This document shows, piece after piece, positions 49,711-64,000 of a DNA stretch of 64,000 bases (positions are counted from its first letter, which is position 1; each line of letters begins with the position of its first letter). Below the pieces are notes generated by a model. It made no database searches and was not told where the DNA came from. It saw only the letters and a program-made list of their open reading frames with translations. Source of the DNA: the human T2T-CHM13v2.0 reference genome, Homo sapiens; NCBI RefSeq assembly GCF_009914755.1, contig NC_060927.1, one strand, 5' to 3'. The position numbers were made by a program, and so were the translations under genes.

Positions 49711-50250
49711 AAGAATCTATGAACTTGTAATTGTGTCCTATGAACACTGGTCCTGTTTTCAGGAATGGCCAAAGGGATATGTTGCGAATTATGAGGGGAC
49801 ATGTGAGGGCTCGGGTCTCCTTCTGTGCCTTGCACATACACTGAGGAAGAGGGTTTCACTGTGCATGTGGGAGGTGGGTACTCAAACGCCAGGCTCTCTG
49901 ATACAGCTGGAGAACATGAAGATGAATAAGCAAAGATTCAAGACTTCATTTCCAGAAAATGAGAGGTTCACACTCCTAGGAGTTTCACCACTTTTTCCCT
50001 TGAAAATGTTTGGGGTATGGCCATGATGCTTTAAATAGTTTCTCTCTGGTTCTCCTGAGAATTTTTGGTGCCAACAGGATACAGCACACAGACTGACTAA
50101 GAAAAAGGCAGGTTTTGAGACAAGCTTTGATGAAGGAAACCCCAAATGCATTTTAAATGGACAGTAGGAGGATGTTGCTTCTTTTTGCTCTGTCATATCT
50201 GACCTGAGGAAGGCAGGACACAATGACTCAGCAAGGCCTCAAGAGCCTCT

Positions 50251-50558
<308 letters not shown>

Positions 50559-53224
50559 TCAAGAGCCTCTTTCTTTCAGGTGATCAGACAATGTAAGGTA
50601 ATGGCTACAAGACATTCCCATGAATCTCAGGATCTCAGAGTAACTTTGACTGCACCACAAGTTGTGGTATGGTAATCTGTTAAATTGCTAATCGATTCTT
50701 GATTAATACAAACTCAATCATACAGTGGTATTCGTCTCATAATGCCATGATGTACATGAAAGAAAGGGTCCCTGCCCTCATGGACTTCATTACTGACCCT
50801 CCAGAGAACAGAAGGGAGACAGGTTCCCCTGGTACTGGTACACCTTCCTCTAAAGGAATTCAAGGCTTAAAAATAGAGATTTATGACTGGTAGGATAGCA
50901 ACACAGAGAAATAGGCTCTGGAGCCAGCCTTGCTTTAGTTTGAATCTGAACCTCATCACTTAGGAGTTATGTAAAATTACACAAGGCAGAAGTTACTTAA
51001 ACTTTTTAAACTTTTATCACTTGCAAAATAAGATAGCAACAACATTAGCTTTTTGAATTCTTTTAGAATTAAATAACATGCAATAAAAAAGAATTAAATA
51101 ACATGCTCTATGTAGCACACTTTGCAGATTATTCTTAGCACTCAGTAAGTATTGATGTCAACATTTAAATGCCATGAATTACTCTACAGTTTACAAAACA
51201 ATGATGCCTGTTACCTCATTTAATGTCCCAACAAGGCAATAAAATATAGATTATGATACTGTCAACTTAAGAGATAAAATAATTGTGACTGGAAGAGGTT
51301 TAATGACTTGTCCTTGGGAGCACAGCCAAGGCTCAATGAAGATAGGACTCTATACTAACAGTGTTGACGCTAATTTCCATGCTCTTTTTCTTTACTTATT
51401 CAAAAAGAATTATCACAGAATTTGTTTAATGGCAAATTTCACCATGATTCTATATATAAAAATTCAGTAGGCAAGCTACTGCTGAAGGAGGTTGCCTTAA
51501 AGAAAGGTTGAGCTGTATCTTCTCCGCTCTCTGTGCAAACCTTTATGTTGATAATGTCTCTTCCTCCTTGGCAAACACAGGAGGACTTCTTTAAAATATT
51601 AGCACTTGATGAGTGGCAGTGGTGGAGGCATCATGAGTAGGGGTAACAACTGAGACTCGGGCATCATAGGAAAGGAAGGAAGGATCAGCAGTTCAGTTCT
51701 GTTGCTGGTTGGCTGATTCATCTTGAAGAAGTCACTTACATCCCCCAACCTTCCATTTGTCTATCTGTAAAATGAAAGTTATTGTCCTTCCTTCCACTGA
51801 GCCCCCGTTGCCATTTTCAAACCTTAACTGCGACACTGCCATTTTCTTTCTCTAGTCTCTTCAGCATTGGCCAATACCAAGGATAGTCCCGTCCTCTTAG
51901 ATTCCCTCAAGGATACCGAGCTCTACAGAAAACAAGCCAACAAAGCCCTTGTGAAGTACAAAGGAGAGAATGATGACTTTCCCTCTTTCGGAGTGGACCA
52001 AGTGCAGAGAACTGCAAGAGTGTTGAGTCTCCACTAATATCCAGCTGGAGTCTGAGGGCCCAGGCTCCAACCTGGCAGCAGGAACTGAACGACACCCCCT
52101 CTCCACCTGCCTCACTGGACCAGCTGCCTTTTCATCTGAGGCCCCCATTGTAGCATTTGGAGGAATAAGAGTCAGCAGGCAGCAGATACTGCTATCCTGG
52201 AAGAACTGCTCTCCTCCAAGTCTTTTAATCTTTTGGAGGGTGTAGGGGCAGTGAATATCTGTTAGAAAGGAAGGACAATCCAAAGAGGAAATAGAGAAAG
52301 ACAAGAGCATATGTCATTAAAAATCATCCAATATTAACCTCCTTGCACTATGATAGAAAACTGAGGCTCAGAGAAACCTCACCACACCCAGTGGTGTGGG
52401 TGGAATTAGACAGTTCCCTGCTCACTCTACAGGGACTCAATTGCTCCCACCCAGAACTGTTTTCAGAGCAGCTGGTTGATGTTTGTCATGCATTCAGAAA
52501 ATGCAACAGTAAATCAATTGTGATACATATAAGAAATGAGGACAGTAAAGTTGCTCAAAGAATATTTGAACTCATGTGCATTTGAAAGAGTTTCAAGACA
52601 TATTGTTATGGGAAAAGGTTACAGAACAATATTTAGAAAATGAACCCATTTATATTAATTACTTAGGTCTACCTGTATATGTGCTACATATCTAGGAAAA
52701 GTCTAGAAGGAAAAACACATTAACTGAATGAGTGAAATCTCTGAAAAGTAGAAGTTGGGGTGCAGGAAGGTTTTTTTCACACCCTGCTTCATTGTGTTCG
52801 TATTATTTGAACCTTTTCAATGAAATGGTATTCACCTTATCACTTAGGTGATATATATTTTTAGAAGGCAGAATCCATAAGAAAAATGCACATATTGGTG
52901 GTTTTGAATCCTCCTAGTGCTTTACAATATGTTGGATGGTAGGTATCTGCTGCTTTATTTTTTCCTTTTCACTGAAAACTGAAAACTGTTTTGTTCCTGA
53001 AACTGTTTTGTTCCCACCTGTTCTAGAGAGGAGAGAAATGAACCAATTACTATGTGGACTTCTCTGTGAGGAACTGCTCCAGGCACCATTTTCCCAGACA
53101 CCCCAATGTGAGTGTAAAAAATGTCTCAGCCAAATAATTATCTTGGAGCACTTATTATCTGCCAGGCATTCTTATAAGTGCTTTACATATATGGTAAATT
53201 ATTAGCCCTCCCACCACCCTGTAA

Positions 53225-53530
<306 letters not shown>

Positions 53531-53765
53531 CTGAGATACTGAGATAGATACTATTTTTATCCCGTTTGCAGATGGGAAACCTGAGGCCACAGAAGTTATG
53601 TGAATCATGCTTCCTCCCTTCTAAGGAAAGAATTAAAAAAAAAAACTCAGTTTTAAGTTTAGGTATATATCATGTATATTATAAAATCATATAATTTTCA
53701 TATAATTTCATATATCATATGAATCAGATTAAAGACTTAGCTAAAAATAATAACCAGCTTTTATT

Positions 53766-54546
53766 TTTTTTTTTTTTTAATTTTAAGTTCTGGGTACATG
53801 TGCAGGATATGCAGGTTACACAGGTAAATGTGTGCCACTGTGATTTGCTTTACCTATCAACCCATCACCTAAGTATTAAGTCCAGCACGCATTAGCTATT
53901 TTTCCTGATGCTCTCCCTTCCCCCACACCCCCCTAGAGGCCCCAGTGTGTGATATTCCCCTCCCTTTGTCCATGTGTTCTCATTGTTCAGCTCCCACTTA
54001 TAAGTGAGAACATGTGGCATTTGGTTTTCTGTTCCTGTGTTAGTTTGCTGAGGATAATGGCTTCCAGCTCCATCCATGTCCCTGCAAAGGACACAATCTT
54101 GTTCCTTTCTATGGCCGCATAGTATTCCATGGTATATATGTACCATATTTTCTTTATCCAGTCTATCACTGATGGGCATTTGGGTTGACTCCATGTCTCT
54201 GCTATTGTGAATAGTGCTCCAATGAATATATGTGTGCATGCATCTTTATAATAGAAGGATTTATATTCCTTTGAATATATATCCAGTAATGGGATTGCTG
54301 GATCAAATGGTATTTCTGGTTCTAAGTCTTTGAGGAATCACAACACTGTCTTCCACAATGGTTGAACTAATTTACATTCCCACCAACAGTGTAAAAGTGT
54401 TCCTATTTCTCCACAGTCTTGCCAGCATCTGTTATTTCTTGACTTTTTAATAATTGCCATTCTGACTGGCATGAGATGGTAACTCATTGTGGTTTTGATT
54501 TGCATTTCTTTAACGATTAGTGATATTGAGCTTTTTTCCTATGTTT
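53766..54546 (-). mobile_element. 5'-truncated L1PA
   Basis: Antisense ORF2 C-terminus ([18 protein letters not shown]...) plus 3' UTR; TSD ataaccagcttttatt. Confidence 0.9.
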
Positions 54547-55286
54547 ATAACCAGCTTTTATTAAGACCCTACACAGCAAGTATTTTTATTCATTCCAACT
54601 GATTGACACCCACAAAGATCCCATTTGATAAATGAGGAGGTAACTGATGCTCAACTAATGAAGGGTCTTGCCAACATTCACAACCAAGCTGAGATTAAAA
54701 TCCATTTCTTTTCATGCATAGTCCTGTGGGATTTTTCACCTGATTATTTACAAATTGATACCCATGTACCTGCAGGAAATTGTTGCTAATAATAACTGGT
54801 ATTTGCATGGTGACCTACAGTTTACAAAACACTGTCACATATACTACTGCCATTTTAGAACCTCAAGATAATGCCACTGACAAGGAAAAGCAAGTGTCTG
54901 CCTCCATTTCCTTGGGAAAAGGTGGCCTAGAGTTTTAAACACTTAACAAAGGGCAATTATCTAGAAAGTTTTAGGACACAGAATTTTAATTCTGATTTCA
55001 CATTGAGGATTTTTCTGAGGCTTGACAACATATTGTTCATAGCTGGAAGGAAGGAATCATATATTAGTTACTTTTCAGGCTGTGGAAATTATCAACCTGA
55101 ACCAGTTGTAGAATTCTGCTTAGAGGCCACCAGAAAAGACACCTCCTTCCCCTATCCCCATCCCCAACTAACTCTTCCTGAGTTTGGTGTGGGTAATGTA
55201 AGCCCAGTCGTGAACCATGGAAGCCGGAGAAGAGGCTGGGGGCTAAATGTTTTACAGCACACTCTCATTTAACTGAGCCCTCCAAT

Positions 55287-55670
<384 letters not shown>

Positions 55671-57188
55671 TCACAACTAGGAAATGGAGAAGCCAGGATT
55701 AACATAGGTCTCTCTGATTCCCAAACTGTACTCAGAACCTCAATGCTTAGCAGTTTCTTCTAGCAGACAGCTGTCCTCTTGTCCTAGTCGATCTTTCACA
55801 GCTGGGGTTGGGGCCTCTGGAGCACAGGAGTGCCAGCCAGTTGTAGCCCTTGTGTTTACGGTGGAGCCAACAGACACTTGCCTTGACAGTGTCCATGAAA
55901 ACCCATCTTTATGCTATATGGGTGCCCTCCTGTCCAACACTTTCCTCCAAGGGACTAGCTGAAGTTGCAAAAATCCCTCTTCAATAACATTCTTCATTGT
56001 TTCTAGGCACAGGCAACTCAGGTCTCCAGGGCAGAAGGGTTGGCCTAAAGGCAAGGCAGCAATGATGTGGTTTTCCTCACCACAACCCATGGGGAAGCCC
56101 AGTGCTGGTGCCTGCTCATGACAAAACCACAGCAACTTGAGTGATACCCTTCACCACCTGCACTTTCCCCAAAGTGTTAACGAGGAAAGATTGCTGAACA
56201 GCTGATGTAGATATCTGATCATATTACTCTTATTTTTTCTAAAGCTCTTCTTCCTTTCCTGAATGTCTGGAAGTTCACACCTCTGGCTGGGCATCTTCAC
56301 TTCCCCATGTGCGCACATATACACCACACATACACACACACACACTAACAGGTTTATCTCTCCTTTGAAAGTTTATGGAGTCTGCAGAGTATATTTGTCC
56401 TACGATGCAGGAGCCTTGGACTTGAAAAGCCCAAAAGATCTTGTCGTAATCTGCAAAGTCTTCAACCCTCAGGTGGGTTGTCTAAGCAACTTTGTCATGA
56501 GCAGTGCCAGACTAAGTGAATTTGCACACACATAGTGTAATTGGTTCTTATGGCTTTGTAAGAGAGATTGTGTGTGAAAGAGAGAGAAAGAGAAAGACAA
56601 GAGATACAGAGCATGCCCCATACTGGGGAAAGGAGTGCAATTGCTATTATCACATGAAAAGTACAAATACTTTTCCAAGAATTGGGGAGAAACAAGATTT
56701 GGAAGAAAAGTAAAATCATGTCCAATTCAATCAACCTTGAATGAATTTGAAAATGCTCCTTGCAGTCAGGACTCCAGCGCTGAGACTTAGTCATTCCTAG
56801 CTTTTATTATTAGGCACAGAATCTAAGGAGAATAAATTAGCCTCAAATTTATTATATAAATGTATATAAATAAGATGCAAAACTATATTTTACATCTGTC
56901 CCAGAAATCTTAGTTCTATTTTTTACATGAGTACAAAGATTTGCTTCATGGAATTTTTTATATCAGAAACAAAACTGAAAATACTCCAAACATCCACATC
57001 CCAAATTAAAAAAAGAAAGAAAGAGAAACAAAGGGCAGGGTTGTCACCATGAACATGACTCTGTAGATATTTTTAAAAATTAAACTCTAAACAAGGAAGA
57101 GGGGGAAGAGGTTAAGTGTTCAGCCTTGGGGAGTAAGGGATGTCCATACCATCAAGCCTCAGACCTCTATCAAGAATATCAATTATAA

Positions 57189-57484
57189 GGCCGGGCGCAG
57201 TGGCTCACGCCTGTAATCCTAGCACTTTGGGAGGCCGAGGCGGGAGGATCACGAGGTCAGGAGATCCAGACCATCCTGGCTAACACGGTGAAACCCCATC
57301 TCTACTAAAAATACAAAAAATTAGCTGGGCATGGTGGTGGACGCCTGAAGTCCCAGCTACTCCGGAGGCTGAGAGGAGAATGGTGTGAACCCAGGAGGCG
57401 GAGCTTGCAGTGAGCCGAGATCGCACCACTGACTCCAGCCTAGGTGACAGAGCAAGACTCCCTCTCAAAAAAAAAAAAAAAAAA
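57189..57484 (+). mobile_element. AluY-like
   Basis: gagatc..gaccatcctggctaacacggtg AluY diagnostics. Confidence 0.85.
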
Positions 57485-57591
57485 TCAATGATAAGGCACT
57501 AGTTCCCCAGTGTTGGTCCCACACATGGGTTCCAGGCCATAATATAGTTTCACCACTGTCTGTTAAAATGAGAAAAATAAGGATAATAATG

Positions 57592-57725
57592 TTTCTTTTT
57601 TTTTCCATAGAGATGGGGTTTCGTCGTGTTGCCCAGGCTGGTCTCGAACTCCTGAGCTCAAGTGATCTGCCCACCTGGGCCTCCCAAAGTGCTGGGATTA
57701 CAGGCATGAGCCACCATATCCAGCT
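57592..57725 (-). mobile_element. Alu monomer (FLAM-like)
   Basis: Antisense left-arm sequence; TSD gataa(t/c)aatgttt. Confidence 0.75.
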
Positions 57726-59680
57726 GATAACAATGTTTTTTATATCTAACATTTATCCATCTGTAGGACTATCTTTTACTCTGAAGTTGTATTTCTGACC
57801 CTTTTGTGAAATGATGATGGAAGATGACAGTTGTTTATATTTTAAATATCAACTGGGTTAGATGACAATTTCAGAACCGTTTTTTAAATTCTACTTTTCA
57901 AATTCATTTGTGGAACCCAAGATCTGGGCGCCATTGGTCTAAACCCAGTTAAATGTCTAAGTTCTCATTGCGTGTTACATGATGATATTCACTTTTCTGT
58001 GTTCCATAACCAGGAATATAGAATCATCAATGGTGTAAACCCCATTTGGGCTATCCTTTTTTCACATTTGGGCTAACCTTTTCACTCTGGTGGACATGAG
58101 CATTCTCCTACTGCTAAGCTTCCATTTAAACCCCACGGGTCCCGAGATCACCATTATCCCCACAAGCCACAAGAACTTGGATTCCCACCTCGCCCAGATG
58201 AAAAAGATCACTCGGACAGACCTCCACTTCAACAAAAGAGCTCCTTCACAATTGCCCCCTTCTTGGTCAACAGGTCATCACACCCCTTCTGGCACAAACA
58301 GGACCCAAAATCACCCTCATGACTCTAATTCTACAGTCTCTATTACTGCTTGGGCTACATCTGGGCATACCAAGAAGGTATGGTACTTAAAGGATGGACG
58401 ATGATAGTGATGAAGATGATGATTATTATTATTACAAAAGTGATGCAAATTCTCTCCTAGTGATTATTTCTAGTTACATAAATTTCCTCTTGGAAAAATA
58501 AGTTCTAAATTCAATCGTGAAGCAAACAAACCTCTGGCTATAAATTGCAAAGAAGTTTGCTGGCATAAATCATGATCGTAAATTCATGTTCACAAGAAAT
58601 ATCACTTTATGTTCTGAACAAATTTATTTCAATTTCATGTTGCAATCCTACTGGCCTAGTGGGAAATTTAGCCCCAGTCCTTCTTGGGGTACCCTTGCCC
58701 TACCCTGCTGTTTTCCACACAAGGTTGGGCCACAGTTCTAGAATCTCACACAGTGCCAAGCTGTCTCGGTAGTGACCACCAGAAGGAGGTCTGATCCTTG
58801 ATCATTAGCCCAACAGTCGCCCCTGCTAAGGGATAGTCACCACCCTGTTCACATCACTCTGAGTCTGGTTTATCTGCTACTTCTGTAGCAAAGTGTGGAT
58901 GCAGGAGTGTCTGTAACTAGCAATGGACATGACTGCTAAGATAAGGCATGTGACTATTCTCTCCCTGGCTTCTTGCTGCCTTTCTGGCTACAGGCCCAGA
59001 AAGCAGGGCAGAGGTGTCCTCTGCTTCAAAGACCCCAGGCCCCGCTGCTCTTCTTATATCTTCTTCCTCAGCTAAGGGCTCTCTTTCTAGTTTCAGGCAA
59101 GTTCACTTTATTTATTTTTAGGGCCAGAAGACTATTTTTCCATGCTGAAATCGTCTTTCCTTTTCCTTCTCAAATCAGAGCTCAATCATTTGAAACAAGA
59201 AAAAAGAATTCAGATTCTCTACACCTTCCAACTACAATGGTGATACTCAAAGTACTGCATAACCAATATGAAACAAGCACTGACCAATCAGTCCAGATAA
59301 AACAACGAATCAGAACAGCCACCATCCATAAACAACCAGTGTGGCCACGCTGGCAGATGTAGCTGCATGTGGCCCTGAAGAATCACATTCCTCCTGGAGG
59401 CACGGACACCAGGTCAGCTGCTTGAATGGGGAGAAGAGAAAGATGAGAACCAGGGAGGACAAAAGATACAGAGGTTAATAACTCGGAATGTATCCTCCTG
59501 CAGAAGCACTGGAATAGGGTTCAATAATTTACAAAGTACTTTCATGAACATTGCTTGAATTAATTACAATACTACCTTGAATACAGAGGAGTTGAAGCTC
59601 TCAATTCATTTCAATTAAATGCATTCTTCACATGCACACCTGATACTGCAGGGGAATAATGGGATAAGAAACCATTCCCG

Positions 59681-59977
59681 GGCCGGGCGCGGTGGCTCAC
59701 GCCTGTAATCCCAGCACATTGGGAGGCTGAGGCGGGCGGATCACGAGGTCAGGAGATCGAGACCATCCTGGCTAACACAGTGAAACCCCGTCTGTACTAA
59801 AAACACAAAAAATTAGCCAGGTGTGGTAGCGGGCGCCTGTAGTCCCAGCTACTCGGGAGGCTGAGGCAGCAGAATGATGTGAACCCAGGAGGCAGAACTT
59901 CAGTGAGCCGAGATCGCGCCACTGCACTCCAGCCTGGGCGACAGAGCGAGACTCCATCTCAAAAAAAAAAAGAAAGA
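59681..59977 (+). mobile_element. AluY-like
   Basis: TSD aagaaaccattccc. Confidence 0.88.
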
Positions 59978-61039
59978 AAGAAACCATTCCCACCCTGAGA
60001 TCACACATTCTACTAGAGGCTTTAGATGATACACCATGTGTCCTTGCCTTTCTAGACTTTTTATGTCATCATGGCTAAAAAGGCTATGAATCTTTGCAAA
60101 TACTCTGTAGACTTTCACAGGTGATGTTCACAGAGGGAATGTGACTGCCTCCTCAAATGTCTGAAGCCCAGTCGCCTCACTCTTCTCTGGAAAAGTTCTC
60201 CCACTTCCCACCATCACCCTTGCTGTCGGTGGCACCACCACTCTCTACGTCCTACAGGAGAGAAATGCTTACCGATTCCCTCTTTTTCTTCATCCACATA
60301 ATAGCACAGACGTTGTCTGGTTTGTTCACTAAAGCGCCTCCCAAACACGAGGGGTTCAAGAAACGTTTATTTAATGACCTGGTGCAGTAAACATTTATTA
60401 TGACTCTGAAGATTTTTCTGTTTTGTAATTTCATCTTTACCAACAAGTCCCTTATACAGAAAATATCATTGTATCAAAATAGGTCAGTTGCTGGAACAAA
60501 CAAACTCAGTGGCCTAATGATGGAGAATGTGATTTCTCTGTCATGTTACAGGTCAATACGGGTTATCAGCAGGTGGCCATCCGCATGGTGATTCGGGATG
60601 CCAGGCCCCTTTTGTCTGTGGCTCTGCCTTCCCCTTGGCCTCAGAATTGTCTCTTGGATCCTCTGCATCCAGCCCACATGGGGAGAGAGTGGAGGATCAT
60701 GAAGGTGGTTTCTGTGGGCCGGGTCTGGAAGGCGCATGCATGATTCATGCTCACATTTCACTGGCTAGAACTCAGTCATATGGCCACACCTAATGCAAGG
60801 GAGATGGGGAAATGAAGTCTACCTGTACTCCAAGGAGGAAAGGGACATAGGCAAGGAAAATGGGCTGTACCATCACCATTTCTTAGGGAAGAAAGAGGAG
60901 AACCAAAAAGGTCGAATTACTTACTTAGGATCTTACAGTCAGAAAATGTGGGACTGGAATTAGAACTTTGATAGGCCTCTGCCACAGCCACATGCTGTCT
61001 TCTTGATGACACTGCCGGCAGACGCTGCCCGGGCCTGTT

Positions 61040-61343
61040 TCTTTTGTTGTTATTGTTTTGAGATGGAGTTTCCAGCTCGTCGCCCAGCCTGGAGTGCAGT
61101 GGTACGATCTCGGCTCACTGCAACCTCCCCCTTCCTGGGTTCAAGAGATTCTCCTGCCTCAGCTTCCCAAGTAGCTGTGATTACAGGCACCTGCCACCAT
61201 GCCCAGCTAATTATTGTATTTTTAGTAGACATGAGGTTTCGCCATGTTGGCCAGGCTAGTCTCATACTCCTGACCCCAAGTGATTCGCCTGTCTCTGCCT
61301 CCCAAAGTGCTGGGATTACAGGTGTGAACCACTGCGCCTGGCC
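61040..61343 (-). mobile_element. Alu
   Basis: Antisense Alu. Confidence 0.88.
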
Positions 61344-62095
61344 TGTTTGTGAGCCTTCACTGGAAACACACATTCTGGTCAGCCTCGACTACTCCTGTCC
61401 ACTTCCCCCTGGACAGTGCTCCCTCATGCATTTCCCCATCCTCCCAGTGTTCAGCTACTGCATCTCTACTTTTCCTTCCTCTCTGTCTCAGAACTTCACA
61501 AAATCTCTTCCACTCTTCATGTTTTCCACACAATTCCCCATTACAATCTACCTTCTCCCATGACTATGAACCTGAAGCTATTTCAGTCAGGCAGGGATTC
61601 TTAGACACCTTTCCCTAGCTTTGGAGATAGTTTATAAGAAATAATCACCACGCCCTGCACATATATTAATATTACCTCATTCACTTCTCAAAAACACCGT
61701 TAAAATATTATGATTTTCTACCATTTACAGGTGAGAAACCTAAGGCTCAGAAAGGTTATGCGACCCTGCCTTGCTTGGGATCACATAGGTAAGTGGCAGA
61801 GCTAGATTGGAATCCAGGTTGGACTTACTGCCGAGCTCATGTTCCTGCCCCACCCCTACAAGGGCCCCATTTGCTCCCACTGACCCTTCTCCAGGGACTC
61901 CAGGGAGAATCAACTGGCAAGTTAGACATCCTAACACAACAAAACTTCAAACTTTATGTTTTCAAACCTTGAAGATACACATTTGCTAAGGACAAACCCA
62001 TGTCTGTAACCTACCTTTAAAACTCCTCTCTCTGAATAGTCTAAATTTATTTAAAAGTTTGCTTAGGTTTTGTGAATGCAAACCACGATATCCAC

Positions 62096-62777
62096 CGTAG
62101 GGGCAAAAAGGTGTGATGCCTTTCCTTACAGATGCGACCCTTATAAGGGTCTTACAACAACAAAAAGGGTTAACAAGGGAAAGCATAGCATATTCATTTA
62201 ATCCAAGTTTTTATAGCATGGAAGTCTTCAGGATGAAGACCCAAACACACAAGTGACACTGTTCGTTGTTAGGCTTAAGTCGACGAAGACTGTACAACAG
62301 TATAAAATGTGATTGGATTAATAGGGAAAGATCCCATAGTAATAGACGGTCAGGGGAAACCCAGCGAGGCCTTCAGTTTGAGTTCTCCATGGCCCCTCTG
62401 TGTGGCAATTCTTGCTTCTGGGTATAGGGCCCAATCCCTCTGGAATATGGATCTGAGGACCTATTATCAGACAGGGTATATCCTGGAATTTCTTTATGGC
62501 CAGCTCCTACAAAGAAAGGCCCAGGGGGGAAGGTAGAGCTATATTTTAGGTTTTATGGCTGTTTGGGGGCAGAGGTATTTCACTTTCTGGGACCTGCCTG
62601 GGGGAAGAAGAATTCTAGTTTCTATGGTGCCTTAAGGGAGAAAGGAGAGCAGGAGAAAGTAGAGTGGGAGAAGGTCAAACAGATCTCGCTTCTGAGGCCC
62701 TTTTGGTTTCCTTCAGTTCAAAGGACTCAGCATATCAAGGCACCACAGTTTGGAACATCGTATTCTGGGTCCCAACA
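62096..62777 (-). mobile_element. MER34/MER39-like LTR at the copy-2 / copy-3 junction (more diverged)
   Basis: cgtaggggcaaaaagg ... gggtcccaaca, homologous to the other junction LTRs. Confidence 0.7.

Positions 62778-64000
<1,223 letters not shown>

Overview
Human (primate) genomic DNA at the HRG locus (the FETUB-HRG-KNG1 cystatin-type-3 cluster, 3q27.3 from recall). The window opens inside a young L1HS Ta-1 element with an intact 1275-aa ORF2 (44-3871). A 2-LTR HERV-H provirus follows (7537-13455), then the complete 7-exon HRG gene (CDS 15784-27645, 525 aa) carrying T180/S204/C448/I493. The whole right half is a head-to-tail array of promoterless HRG duplicates that lack exon 1. Copy 1 spans ~32564-45683, copy 2 ~46376-62095, and copy 3 starts at ~62778 and runs off the window. 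Every unit boundary falls in a MER34/MER39-type LTR related to the one in HRG intron 1. The copies show shared splice-donor lesions, copy-specific multi-exon deletions, apparent gene-conversion patches (including one over HRG exon 3), a templated exon-7 fragment insertion, and diagnostic insertions (THE1, MLT2A1, an unidentified 3'-UTR retrocopy, L1s, Alus). All alignments and mismatch counts were done by eye. Repeat subfamily names, the reference HRG protein and SNP identities come from memory and need database confirmation.
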